64,000 bases of DNA from Dehalococcoidia bacterium (lineage in GTDB: Bacteria > Chloroflexota > Dehalococcoidia > Bin125): NCBI GenBank assembly GCA_963662615.2, contig CAXXSR010000001.1, forward strand, positions 1,184,001 through 1,248,000. Direction: 5' to 3'. The notes below the pieces were generated by a model. That model saw only the letters and a program-made list of their open reading frames with translations, was not told the DNA's origin and did no database searches. Positions 40,574 through 55,235 of this stretch are shown piece by piece; within the stretch, counting starts at the first letter, position 1, and the number at the start of each line of letters is the position of its first letter. Both the position numbers and the translations under genes were made by a program.

Positions 40574-42145
40574 ATGGCCGTGGCAGAGAATCCGGCGAGC
40601 GGCGAAGAGCAACTGGCCGAACTGGACCGTCGCAAGGCCGCGGCTCGCCTGGGCGGCGGGGAAGCGGCCATTGAGCGGCAACATCAACGGGGGAAGCTGA
40701 CCGCGCGCGAGCGGCTGGACACCCTCTTCGACCAGGGGTCATTCCAAGAGTTCGACGCGCTTGTAACCCATCGCGCCACTCGCTTCGGTCTCGCCAAGAA
40801 GAAAGTGCCGGGCGATGCCGTGGTGACGGGGCACGGGACCATTGACGGTCGCACCGTCTTCGCCTACGCACAGGACTTCACCGTCTTCGGCGGCTCTCTC
40901 TCTGAGGCCGTGAGCGAGAAGATCGTCAAAGCGCAGGACCTCTCGCTCAAGGTGGGCGCGCCCATCATCGCCTTGAATGACGGCGGCGGCGCCCGCATCC
41001 AAGAAGGGGTCAGCTCGCTCCGCGGCTACGGCGATATCTTCTTGCGCAACGTCCTGGCCTCCGGCGTGGTCCCCCAACTCGCCGTGAGCTGCGGCCCCAC
41101 CGCCGGGGGCGGCGTCTACTCCCCCGCCATCATGGACTTCATCTTCATGGTGGATGGCGTTGGCCAGATGTACATCACCGGGCCGGACGTGATTCGCGCC
41201 ATCAGCGGCGAAGAGGTCACGCATGAAGAGTTAGGCGGCGCCCAGACGCATGCAACCAAGAGCGGCGTGGCGCAATTCGCGATCACGGGCGAGGAAGAGA
41301 CGCTGCACGCAGTGCGCCACCTGCTCAGCTACCTCCCCGACAACAACATGGAAGACCCGCCAGTCGTCGATACCGATGACGACCCGGAGCGCGCCAATGA
41401 GGAGTTCCTGGACCTGGTGCCCACGGAGACCACGCGCCCGTACGATATCCGCGGCGTGATCCGGGGCATGCTGGACAACAGCGATTTCTTGGAGGTTCAC
41501 GCCCAGTGGGCGCGGAACATCGCCGTGGGCCTTGGCCGGATCGCGGGTCACACGGTGGGCGTTGTAGGAAACTCCCCGGACACGCTGGCGGGAGTCTTGG
41601 ACATCAACGCATCGCGCAAGGCGGCGCGCTTCGTCCGCTTCTGCGACTGCTTCAACATCCCGCTGGTCACACTGGTGGACGTGCCGGGATTCCTGCCGGG
41701 GACGCAGCAGGAACACGGCGGCATCATCACGCACGGGGCCAAGCTCCTCTACGCCTATGCCGAGGCGACCGTTCCCAAGATCGCCGTCACCTTGCGCAAA
41801 TCGTACGGCGGCGCCTATGTCGTCATGAGCAGCAAGCACCTCCGCGCCGACGTGAACCTCGCCTGGCCCGGCGCCGAGATCGCCGTCATGGGCGCGGAGG
41901 GCGCCGTGAACATTATCCATCGCCGCGACTTGGCGCAGGCGACGGATCCCGAACAGGAGCGCAATCGCCTGATCCGCGAATACGAAGCGGAGTTTAATAA
42001 CCCCTACCTTGCGGCTGAACTGGGCTTCATTGATGACGTGATTGAGCCGCGCGACACGCGCCGGGTCGTGGCTCGTGCCCTCCAGATGCTGCGCAACAAG
42101 TCGGACGTCACCCCGCCGAAGAAGCACGGCAATATCCCTCTGTAG
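40574..42145 (+). CDS. pccB: Acyl-CoA (propionyl/methylmalonyl-CoA) carboxyltransferase beta subunit
   Basis: GKLTARER, QDFTVFGGSL, GGARIQEG, ITGPDV, DVPGFLPG, KSYGGAY, KKHGNIPL. Confidence 0.92.
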   Translation: MAVAENPASGEEQLAELDRRKAAARLGGGEAAIERQHQRGKLTARERLDTLFDQGSFQEFDALVTHRATRFGLAKKKVPGDAVVTGHGTIDGRTVFAYAQDFTVFGGSLSEAVSEKIVKAQDLSLKVGAPIIALNDGGGARIQEGVSSLRGYGDIFLRNVLASGVVPQLAVSCGPTAGGGVYSPAIMDFIFMVDGVGQMYITGPDVIRAISGEEVTHEELGGAQTHATKSGVAQFAITGEEETLHAVRHLLSYLPDNNMEDPPVVDTDDDPERANEEFLDLVPTETTRPYDIRGVIRGMLDNSDFLEVHAQWARNIAVGLGRIAGHTVGVVGNSPDTLAGVLDINASRKAARFVRFCDCFNIPLVTLVDVPGFLPGTQQEHGGIITHGAKLLYAYAEATVPKIAVTLRKSYGGAYVVMSSKHLRADVNLAWPGAEIAVMGAEGAVNIIHRRDLAQATDPEQERNRLIREYEAEFNNPYLAAELGFIDDVIEPRDTRRVVARALQMLRNKSDVTPPKKHGNIPL

Positions 42146-42339
42146 GCGTACCTCTTAAGGCGCAGTGGCCATTGGCGGCCTCGGCTCGGTGATCCCAAAG
42201 CCCGCGCCCGGCGATCGGACGGGCCAGGAACGTACCGGATTGCTAGAATGGGCCCCTGGCCTGACGCAGGCTGACGAGCCGCCGGCCCGCGCCGCTCGAC
42301 GGAGGCGCGGAGTTGCCGCCGCCCTTGGGGGGAACGCGA

Positions 42340-45673
<3,334 letters not shown>

Positions 45674-45704
45674 GGCCGGAGTGAGCAGAGGGCCGAAGCG
45701 CAGC

Positions 45705-47114
<1,410 letters not shown>

Positions 47115-47209
47115 GGCCAGATGGACCTTGACAGCGGCGCTAGCATCGTTCACGACACCGCGAGGACCGTAAATCTCAAGGAGTGGAGTTTAGGGAGAGG
47201 AGCCGACGG

Positions 47210-47695
47210 ATGAGCCGATCTGAGGAGCTTACCGCGAAGTTTGAGGCGGCGAACGAGCAAGTCATTGCCGCCGTGGAGTCGTGCAGCGACGCCCAGTGGG
47301 GTGCGATCAGCGCGGCCGAGCAGTGGTCCGCTGGAGTGGTGGCGCATCACATCGCGATGGGATACTCCGGGATACTCGGATTCGCGCAGATGATCGCGAC
47401 CGGTCAGACGCTGCCGCCGCTGACAACGGAGATGATCGATGGGATGAACGCCGAGCACGCCCAGCAGTTCGCCAAGGTGACGAAGGCGGAGACGCTCGAC
47501 CTGCTGCGGACCAACGGCTCTGCTGCCGCGGCGATGCTGCGGGGGCTCAGCGACGAGCAGCTCGATCAGACGGCGTCGTCACCCGTGCTTGGCCCCGAGC
47601 CCGTGAGCACCCAGCAAATGATCGAGGGCGCGCTGTTTGGGGGTACTCAGGAGCACCTCGCCAGCTTCCGCCAGGCCTCGGGGCAGGGCGGGTAG
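47210..47695 (+). CDS. DinB/MDMPI-like four-helix protein
   Basis: SDAQW...EQWSAGVVAHHIA...LSDEQLD...EH motif pattern. Confidence 0.78.
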   Translation: MSRSEELTAKFEAANEQVIAAVESCSDAQWGAISAAEQWSAGVVAHHIAMGYSGILGFAQMIATGQTLPPLTTEMIDGMNAEHAQQFAKVTKAETLDLLRTNGSAAAAMLRGLSDEQLDQTASSPVLGPEPVSTQQMIEGALFGGTQEHLASFRQASGQGG

Positions 47696-47993
47696 CAGCT
47701 ACGACCTCAACGAACCTGCGGCGCGGCGGAGGCCCTCTGCGCGATCCGGAGCGCGGAGGCCGTAACGGAACACGTCGCGATCACCCACCGGCAGCCAGGC
47801 CGCGCAACCTTCTGCAAGCAATGGGGCTACGCCCTCAGAGGCTCGAAACGTCCACCACCACACGAGGATGCGTGGCCGCCGGCCGTTTCACTTTGTCCGC
47901 AGCAAGGGCCGAAGCCGGCGACCCGCAACGGTTCATCGGCGAGCGAGCGGATACGCTTCGAATACGCGACAGGGTCACGCGTAAGGAGTTGCC

Positions 47994-48461
47994 ATGCCCA
48001 GCCAACGCACCGCCATCACCCTGACCGAGGAAGAGCAGGCGAAGTTCCTGGAGGACGGCTGGACGCTCCAGGTGGCGTCGATCGGGCCGTCGGGGTGGCC
48101 GCACCTGGCGGCGATGTGGTATCGCGTCATCAACGGGCTCGTCCACTTCACCACCTACGCGAAGAGCCAGAAGATCCTGAATCTCAAGCGCGACCCCCGC
48201 GTCACCTGCATGCTGGAGGCCGGCAAGGACTACGCCGACCTCCAGGGCCTGGTGATCCAGGGCGACGCTGAGGTCATTGACGACGACCCGGAGTTGACCT
48301 TGGAGGTCATGCAGGCCGTCAACGCCAAGTATCCCAACTCCCCCATGGCCCAAGCGCCCTTGGAGCAGGTCCGCAAGATGGCGACGAAGCGCGCCACTGT
48401 CCGGATCCACCCCAAGCGCATCTACACCTGGGACCATACGAAGCTTTCCGGGCGTTACTAG
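47994..48461 (+). CDS. PPOX-class (probable F420-dependent) oxidoreductase
   Basis: ASIGPSGWPHLAAMWY, KSQKILNLKRDPRVT, LQGLVIQG, TWDHTKL. Confidence 0.9.
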   Translation: MPSQRTAITLTEEEQAKFLEDGWTLQVASIGPSGWPHLAAMWYRVINGLVHFTTYAKSQKILNLKRDPRVTCMLEAGKDYADLQGLVIQGDAEVIDDDPELTLEVMQAVNAKYPNSPMAQAPLEQVRKMATKRATVRIHPKRIYTWDHTKLSGRY

Positions 48462-48730
48462 CCCGGCCCTGCACTTCGTCAGCGACTCGCGGCATGTGGC
48501 ATCGCCACCGTCCCCGCGCACCGGGGCTATCAGTCTCGGCGGCAGCGTCTTCAGTTATGTCAAACAACGCAAACCGGCCCCAATCTAGCGGAACCGCCGC
48601 CCCCGAGCGGTCGTTTCTTGTAGTGGAGGGCCATCGTAGAGCGGGACCGCTGCAGTACCGTCACCCCGCCCGCCTCCCCCGCGATTCGCGGGGGAACGCC
48701 AAACCGGCCCCGCCGCCCTCCAAAACGCTG

Positions 48731-48770
48731 AACAGCGCCGCTCCGGTTGCTCGGAGCGGCGCTGTTTCGT
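48731..48770. terminator. Perfect 15-bp hairpin, probable (bidirectional) intrinsic terminator
   Basis: AACAGCGCCGCTCCG-GTTGCT-CGGAGCGGCGCTGTT between convergent genes. Confidence 0.7.
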
Positions 48771-48831
48771 CTGCGGTTCCGGAAATCGAGGCGACCCGGT
48801 CACTCCTGAGGAAGGCGCCAGCGCGCGCGCT

Positions 48832-49404
48832 TCATTCCTCCTCAACAAGGGGGGCCGTCCGCAGCGCCAGCGCTTGCAGCAGGACGATCGACTTCGCGTC
48901 CTCAATGCCGCCAGCGGCCACCAACCGCAGCGCCTGCGCCAGCGTATGGTGCTCCACCACGATCCGTTCGTCGGCATCGGCGGGGAGCGCACTCGCCACG
49001 CAGTCGCGCGCAATGAAGCCGTGCAGGTACTCGGTCGCCCAGCCGGGCGCCACGTAGAAGCCGGCGACTCTCTCCAGCGATCCCGGTTTGAGGCGGACCT
49101 CCTCCTGAAGCTCGCGCATTGCGGCGGCCTCCGGCTCTTCTCCCGGATCGACGACGCCGGCCGGCAGCTCCAGGAGCGCGGTGCCCGCCGGCGACCGCCA
49201 CTGCCGCACGAAGACGATGCGCCCCGCGTGGTCCTCCGCCAAGATGACGACGGAGTCGCGGTGCTCGGCGACCTCTCGCACCGCCTCCTCACCATCGCTC
49301 AGGCGAACGGTGTCGCGCCGCAGGCTGACCACACGGCCGTCGTAGATCCGCTCCGACCCTAGCGTCTCTTCGCGGAGATCCTCGGGCGCGATGGGGTCAG
49401 CCAC
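48832..49404 (-). CDS. NUDIX hydrolase (ADP-ribose pyrophosphatase-like)
   Basis: VRQWR...LELPAGVVDPGEEPEAAAMRELQEE Nudix box, FYVAPG, DAKSI. Confidence 0.92.
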   Translation of the reverse strand: MADPIAPEDLREETLGSERIYDGRVVSLRRDTVRLSDGEEAVREVAEHRDSVVILAEDHAGRIVFVRQWRSPAGTALLELPAGVVDPGEEPEAAAMRELQEEVRLKPGSLERVAGFYVAPGWATEYLHGFIARDCVASALPADADERIVVEHHTLAQALRLVAAGGIEDAKSIVLLQALALRTAPLVEEE

Positions 49405-49894
49405 GAGCGCGCAGGTCGATGGCGACGGCCACTTCGTCGCAGCGCGAGTACTTGGGGCAGCGGAAACATTCGTTCCACACCTTGCGCGGAAAGGAAGACA
49501 CCGCCGCCTGCTTGAAGCCCAACTTTTCGAAGAAGCGAGGACTCGTGGTGAGCGCGAAGACCGTCTGCAGCTCCAACGCCACGGCCTCGTCAAGGCACGC
49601 CCCGACGATGGTGCGCCCGAGCCCCTGCTCCTGCGAGGTCGGATCGACGACCAGCGATTTAATCTCCGCCAAGTCCTTCCATTCAAGGTGGAGCGCGCCG
49701 GCGGCCAGAATCTGTCCCCCCTCTCGGACCACGAAAAAATCGCGCAAGGTCTCGTAGAGCTCCCCTTCCGGGCGGGGGAGAACGTCGGCCGTCTTGTCCG
49801 CCCAGTATTGAATGAGCCGGTGAATGCTAGGCACGTCCACAACGCGTGCCCGTGCAGCCGGGCGCAGGATGGAAGGAGATTCGGCGGTACTCAT
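49397..49894 (-). CDS. GNAT N-acetyltransferase (short ArgA-like)
   Basis: VLPR, LAEIKSLVV, QEQGLG, VFALT, FFEKLGF, PRKVWNECFRCPK..CDEVA. Confidence 0.88.
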   Translation of the reverse strand: MSTAESPSILRPAARARVVDVPSIHRLIQYWADKTADVLPRPEGELYETLRDFFVVREGGQILAAGALHLEWKDLAEIKSLVVDPTSQEQGLGRTIVGACLDEAVALELQTVFALTTSPRFFEKLGFKQAAVSSFPRKVWNECFRCPKYSRCDEVAVAIDLRARG

Positions 49895-49979
49895 GGCCGT
49901 CCGCGCGCCGCTGTGGCCGCTCACCCCAACGTTCAGCGTGGATCCAGCCTAGCCCATGACGGCGAGCGAGTCGTCGGCG

Positions 49980-50909
49980 CTAGGAACCGTGGGGCTCTTC
50001 CAGGAGAGACTCGTCGGCACCGCCCTGACCCAGGCGGCTCGGACGCACGGCCTTCAAGCGCCGCTCGTCTAGCCAGGTCAGGCGGCGGCTGAGCTGCGCG
50101 GAGAACGGCTTTTCGCCGAAGCGCACGAGCCGCGCGACGAACTCGCTGCGGCGGACGGTGACAGCGTCCCGTGGCCCCAGGGAGGACTGGTCCTGTCCGT
50201 CAACGCTGACCCCCACGCTCTCATCCGATCCAGGGCTCAGTTCAATGACGGCATCCGGAGGCAGGACCAGCGGCGCGGCGGCGGCCAAGTGAGGCGCCAC
50301 CGGCGTGAGGACGAGGCTGCGAGAGAGCGGGTCCAGAATGGGCCCGCCCGCGGAGAGCGAGTAGCCCGTGCTCCCCGTGGCAGTGGCGACCACGACGGCG
50401 TCGGCCCGCAGCAAGCCAATCAACTCTCCGTCCACCCGGACGTTGACATACACCGGCCTGCCCAGGGAATTACGACCGACAATGACGTCGTTGAGCGCAA
50501 CCGCGGAATCCGGCGCCCTGCCCGCAGTGACGCCGGCGCAGCGGACAGCGAGCATGGAGCGCTCCTCGATGCGGTGGTTCCCTGCCAGCAGATCGGGCAA
50601 GCGCTCCCGCAGCTCCTCCGGCCCCAGCTCCGTCAGGAAAGCGTGGCGACCCATGTCGATCCCAAGAATGCGCGTTGGGTTGGGCACCACGGCCCGGGCG
50701 CCGCGTAGGACCGTCCCGTCCCCACCGATACAGATGAGCAGGTCGGTCCCCTGGAGGTCTCTGGTGGAGAGGTCCGGGTCCCAGGCTGATGAGACCCAGA
50801 CCTGCGGCACGCGGTGCGCCAGCGTTGCGGCCAGCTCCACCGCCAAGGCCCGGGCGGCAGGGAGGACCGGGTGATGGTAAATGCCGACCTTCGCGAATGC
50901 CGCTTCCAT
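49980..50909 (-). CDS. nadK: NAD(+) kinase
   Basis: IGGDGT, ALND, ATATGSTGYSLSAGGP, VDGQ. Confidence 0.94.
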   Translation of the reverse strand: MEAAFAKVGIYHHPVLPAARALAVELAATLAHRVPQVWVSSAWDPDLSTRDLQGTDLLICIGGDGTVLRGARAVVPNPTRILGIDMGRHAFLTELGPEELRERLPDLLAGNHRIEERSMLAVRCAGVTAGRAPDSAVALNDVIVGRNSLGRPVYVNVRVDGELIGLLRADAVVVATATGSTGYSLSAGGPILDPLSRSLVLTPVAPHLAAAAPLVLPPDAVIELSPGSDESVGVSVDGQDQSSLGPRDAVTVRRSEFVARLVRFGEKPFSAQLSRRLTWLDERRLKAVRPSRLGQGGADESLLEEPHGS

Positions 50910-51658
50910 TACGGATCGCTGCGCGTGGCCGCTGACGGAGGGCGTAACCAGATCAGAAACTCACGATTGCCCGCAGGGCCGCGCAAGGGAGAGGAGAGGA
51001 CGCCGCCCACACGCCAGTGCCGTTCCAGCGCCCAGAGCGCCACGGATGTGACCGCCGCTGCCCGATCCCGCGGATCCCGCACAACGCCACCCTTGCCAAC
51101 GCTCTCCCGCCCGGCTTCGAACTGCGGCTTGACCAAGACAATCACGTCGGCGCCGGGCGAGACCGCGCCAGCCAGCGCGGGGAGGAGCAACCGGGGCGAG
51201 ATGAACGAGACGTCCATGACCGCCAGGGATGGAGCCGGATCCAGCGGCGGCAGCGCGCGCGCGTTAGTCCGTTCCATCAGTACGACGCGGGGGTCCTGGC
51301 GCAGGGCATAGTCGATCTGGCCGTACCCAACGTCCACGGCGTAGACACGGGCGGCGCCGTGTTGCAACAGGCAGTCCGTGAATCCACCGCCACCGGCTCC
51401 CACGTCCAGGCAAACCGCGTCCTCCACGGCCACGGGCCAGGCCTCCAGGGCGGCCCGGAGCTTGTGCCCGCCACGGGAAACAAACTCGCGGGTGGGCACA
51501 ACGTGGAACTCAGTCTCCACGGCGACGACCTGCCCGGGTTTGGTGTAGAGGCGATCTCGGCCGCGGACGCGACCGGCCCTCACAAGGGCCCGCGCCCTTT
51601 CGCGGCTTGAAACCAGTCCACGATCCACGAGGAGTTGGTCCACACGGCGCTTGGGCAC
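50909..51658 (-). CDS. tlyA: TlyA family rRNA 2'-O-methyltransferase
   Basis: S4 domain, FVSRGGHKL, GGFTDCLL, DVGYGQ, DVSFIS, LVKPQFE, GNREF. Confidence 0.95.
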   Translation of the reverse strand: MPKRRVDQLLVDRGLVSSRERARALVRAGRVRGRDRLYTKPGQVVAVETEFHVVPTREFVSRGGHKLRAALEAWPVAVEDAVCLDVGAGGGGFTDCLLQHGAARVYAVDVGYGQIDYALRQDPRVVLMERTNARALPPLDPAPSLAVMDVSFISPRLLLPALAGAVSPGADVIVLVKPQFEAGRESVGKGGVVRDPRDRAAAVTSVALWALERHWRVGGVLSSPLRGPAGNREFLIWLRPPSAATRSDP

Positions 51659-51712
51659 GGGACCCAGCCTAGCAGGACCCGGCAGAGGCGTGAGCCCAGC
51701 CGGCGACGGCGG

Positions 51713-53056
51713 CTACGCGCTCTCCTGCTCAAGAGCGGGCGGCTCCAGCCGCTTCACCCGGTCGGGAAGGTCGTGGTATTCCACGGGCGCCCCGGAAGCC
51801 GTCAGCAGTTCGGGCGGGCGGTCTCCCGCCACCGTCTCCGCGGTCACAATGCACTTCTTCACTTCGGGCCGGCTGGGGATCTCGAACATGACGTCCATGA
51901 GGATGTCTTCCAGCACCGTGCGAAGCCCGCGGGCGCCCGTCTTCGTCTTTAACGCGGTCTCCGCGATCGCCTCCACGGCCCCGTCGCGCAAGACCAGCTC
52001 GACATCATCCATGGCGAAGAACTCTTCGAACTGCCGCGCCAGCGCATTCTTCGGTTCGGTGAGGATGCGGACCATGGACTCCGCGTCCAACGCCTCCAGG
52101 GCGACCATCAGCGGAAGCCGGCCCACGAATTCCGGGATCAGGCCGTACTTGAGGAGGTCGTCGTGCGTGACTTGCTTGAGGAGCGATGACTCCCCTTCGG
52201 GCGTGCGCGCGCTGGAGCCAAAACCCAGGCTGCGCTTGCCTTTTCCGATGCGTCGATCGACTATGTCGTCCAGCCCCTCAAAGGCGCCGCCGCAAAGGAA
52301 GAGCACCTTGGACGTGTTGATCTGGATAAAGTCCTGATGCGGGTGCTTGCGGCCGCCTTGAGGCGGCACCGAGGCCACCGTGCCCTCAATAATCTTGAGG
52401 AGCGCCTGCTGCACGCCCTCGCCGGAGACGTCGCGGGTGATGGAGGGGTTGTCGGACTTCCGGGCAATCTTGTCGATCTCGTCGATGTAGATAATGCCGC
52501 GCTCCGCCCGGGCGATGTCGAAGTCAGCCGACTGGATGAGGTGGAGCAGGATGTTCTCCACGTCCTCGCCCACGTACCCGGCCTCGGTGAGCGCCGTGGC
52601 GTCGGCAATGGAAAACGGGACATCCAGAATCTTGGCGAGGGTGCGGGCAAGGAGCGTCTTCCCCGATCCCGTGGGGCCGACGAGCAGGATGTTACTCTTC
52701 TCCAGCTCTACGGCGTCGCTTGAAGAATCGCTGTTGATCCGCTTGTAATGGTTGTAGACGGCCACGGAGAGGACCTTCTTGGCCTCCTCCTGGCCCACGA
52801 CGTACTCCTCCAGCCGTCGGAAGATCTCCTGCGGGGGCAACGGCTTGCCGTCGGTCATATCGCCGGCCGTCGGGCCCGCGGCGGCGCTGGTTGCGCCACT
52901 GGCCTCTTCGGCGATGATCTCGCGGCAGAGATCCACGCACTCGTCGCAGATGTACACGGCGCCCGGGCCCGCGATCAGGCGCTTGACCTGATCTTGGTTC
53001 TTCCCACAGAAGGAGCAGTGGTACTGCACGCGTCCACTGCCACGATTCCCGGCCAC
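51713..53056 (-). CDS. clpX: ATP-dependent Clp protease ATP-binding subunit ClpX
   Basis: CSFCGK zinc finger, [32 protein letters not shown] loop. Confidence 0.98.
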   Translation of the reverse strand: MAGNRGSGRVQYHCSFCGKNQDQVKRLIAGPGAVYICDECVDLCREIIAEEASGATSAAAGPTAGDMTDGKPLPPQEIFRRLEEYVVGQEEAKKVLSVAVYNHYKRINSDSSSDAVELEKSNILLVGPTGSGKTLLARTLAKILDVPFSIADATALTEAGYVGEDVENILLHLIQSADFDIARAERGIIYIDEIDKIARKSDNPSITRDVSGEGVQQALLKIIEGTVASVPPQGGRKHPHQDFIQINTSKVLFLCGGAFEGLDDIVDRRIGKGKRSLGFGSSARTPEGESSLLKQVTHDDLLKYGLIPEFVGRLPLMVALEALDAESMVRILTEPKNALARQFEEFFAMDDVELVLRDGAVEAIAETALKTKTGARGLRTVLEDILMDVMFEIPSRPEVKKCIVTAETVAGDRPPELLTASGAPVEYHDLPDRVKRLEPPALEQESA

Positions 53057-53105
53057 TGATCCGTCTCCCTGCCGCGCGGCTCAGGCGCGCGGCTGCACTG
53101 GGCCC

Positions 53106-53741
53106 CTACGATGCCGCCGCTACGTCCGCCGTACCGGCCTCCGCTGTGCTCTGGAGCACCTCGTCAATCAGGCCGTAGTCCTTCGCCTGATTGGCGTCCA
53201 GATAGAAGTCCCGGTCCGTGTCCCGCTTGATCACGTCCAGCGGCTGACCGGTGTGCTTCGCTACGATGCGGCGAATGATCTCGTTCTCCCGCAGAATCTC
53301 ACGCGCAGCGATCTCAATGTCGGACGCCTGCCCGCGGGCTCCCCCCAGCGCCTGATGCATATGCATCGTGGAGTTGGGCAGCGCATACCGCTTCCCCCGC
53401 GTCCCAGAGGCGACGATGACGGTCCCGAAGGAGGCCGCCATCCCTACACAGATTGTCGACACTTGGGCGCTGATCAGTTGAATCGTGTCATAAATCGCCA
53501 GGCCGGCGGTAATGGAGCCACCGGGCGAATGAATATACAGCTGGATGTCCCGCTCCGGATCCTCCCGGTCCAGATAGAGCAGTTGCGCCACGATGACGTT
53601 GGCCACCTGGTCATCGATGGGCGTCCCCAAGAAGACAATCCGCTCCCGAAGGAGGAGCGAGTAGATGTCGTAGGCCCGCTCGCCCCGATTGGTGGTCTCC
53701 ACCACCATGGGGATGATCGCCGAGGGATTGACCGGGCTCAT
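53106..53741 (-). CDS. clpP: ATP-dependent Clp protease proteolytic subunit
   Basis: [29 protein letters not shown]. Confidence 0.97.
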   Translation of the reverse strand: MSPVNPSAIIPMVVETTNRGERAYDIYSLLLRERIVFLGTPIDDQVANVIVAQLLYLDREDPERDIQLYIHSPGGSITAGLAIYDTIQLISAQVSTICVGMAASFGTVIVASGTRGKRYALPNSTMHMHQALGGARGQASDIEIAAREILRENEIIRRIVAKHTGQPLDVIKRDTDRDFYLDANQAKDYGLIDEVLQSTAEAGTADVAAAS

Positions 53742-55153
53742 GCCTGTCTCCTTCCTCCACCAGTCTTGTCGGAGGCCGATTCTGAGGGATCTTCCGCGGC
53801 GTCGCCGTCTGCCGCCTCGCCCGCGGATTCGTCGCCCGACGCGGTGTCCACCGCGGGGACGGCGTCACCCCGCGCCCCCACGGCATTCTCCACAGCGATC
53901 TCCCCCAAGCGGTCCAGCGTCGCCCCGGTCAACAGGTTCCGCCGCAGGACGTTCCGGCCGCTTTCGCTGTCGAAAAGCGCACGGACTTGCTCCGCCTGAG
54001 GGCCCGCGCCGGCGACGCTCGCGATCTCGGCATCAATCGCGGCCTCCGCGACCTCAATCTCTTCGTGACGGGCGATCTCGGCAAGGATTAGTCCGCGCAG
54101 GACGCGGGCACTCGCCTGGGGCCGCAGGCTCTCCCGCAGGGCGGCCACGTCTTGCCCCTGCTGGCGGATGTATGCCTCGGCATCTGCGCCAGCCCCGCTC
54201 TGCTGGGCCAGCTCTCGGAGCATCTGATCGATCTCTTGCTCCAACAGTGTGGGCGGGAATTCCACGTTCGCCTGGGCGGTGACCGCATCCAGGAGCGCCT
54301 GGTGGAACCCGTCCCGCGCGCGTCGCTCGGCCGTTGACCGCAGATCGTGAATGACCTGGTCGCGCAAAGCGTCGAACGACTCCAAATCCCCGGCCTCTGC
54401 CGCCAGATCATCGTCCGGTTCCGGCAGGATCTCCCGCTTGATGTCGTGGATGGTCACGAAGAAACGCAGCCGTTTGCCGGCGACGTCGGCGTCGTCCCAA
54501 TCCTCAGGCACGTCGACCTCAAACTCGCGCTCGGGGCCCGTCTCCAGCCCGACGAGCTGCTCGTCGACACCGGGGACGCCGATCGTCATCCCCTCTCGGA
54601 GGCTCAACTCAACCCCCTCCTCCTGGAGGGCGGACTCGCCGTCCACTTCGGCACGGATGTCCAGGCGGAGACGATCGTTGTATTCCACCGGCCGCTCAAC
54701 GGGCTCCAGCACCGCGTGCCGCCGCCGAATCTCCAAGATCGCGTCGGCGATCAGGGCATCCGTCACCTCCACCGGCTCCTTGTCGACGGCGATCGAGCGA
54801 TAATCGCCCAAGTCCACCTCCGGCCGCAGCGGCACGGTGGCCTTAAAGCGGACCGGCTGACGCTCCAGGATCTCCAAATTGGGCGGGCCCAGCGGCTCCA
54901 CCCCCTGCTCCTGCACCGCCTCTTCGTAGACCTGCGGGATCAGCCGTTCGATCGCCTCATCGAAGACGAACTCGGCCCCTAGCGTGCGCTCGACGATGGC
55001 GCGCGGGGCCTTGCCCTTGCGGAAACCGGGGATATCGAAGCGCTGGGCCAGTCGGCGCGACGCCTGGTCCAGCGACTTCTGTACCTGGCCGTCGTCGATC
55101 TCCACCTCGAGGACAAGCTGCGCCTCGGGGACCCGCTCGGCTGTGACTTTCAT
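53738..55153 (-). CDS. tig: Trigger factor
   Basis: [10 protein letters not shown] signature; tig-clpP-clpX gene order. Confidence 0.96.
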   Translation of the reverse strand: MKVTAERVPEAQLVLEVEIDDGQVQKSLDQASRRLAQRFDIPGFRKGKAPRAIVERTLGAEFVFDEAIERLIPQVYEEAVQEQGVEPLGPPNLEILERQPVRFKATVPLRPEVDLGDYRSIAVDKEPVEVTDALIADAILEIRRRHAVLEPVERPVEYNDRLRLDIRAEVDGESALQEEGVELSLREGMTIGVPGVDEQLVGLETGPEREFEVDVPEDWDDADVAGKRLRFFVTIHDIKREILPEPDDDLAAEAGDLESFDALRDQVIHDLRSTAERRARDGFHQALLDAVTAQANVEFPPTLLEQEIDQMLRELAQQSGAGADAEAYIRQQGQDVAALRESLRPQASARVLRGLILAEIARHEEIEVAEAAIDAEIASVAGAGPQAEQVRALFDSESGRNVLRRNLLTGATLDRLGEIAVENAVGARGDAVPAVDTASGDESAGEAADGDAAEDPSESASDKTGGGRRQA

Positions 55154-55179
55154 GAGGGTGGTGGGGCTCCTGCGGTCCC

Positions 55180-55188
55180 AGTATAGCA
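55180..55188 (-). promoter_or_regulatory. Extended -10 promoter for tig-clpP-clpX
   Basis: TGCTATACT on the minus strand, 26 nt upstream of the tig start. Confidence 0.55.
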
Positions 55189-55235
55189 GTGCCGTGGCGG
55201 GCCCTTGGGCCCAGGGAATCCGCCAATTCTGGCCG

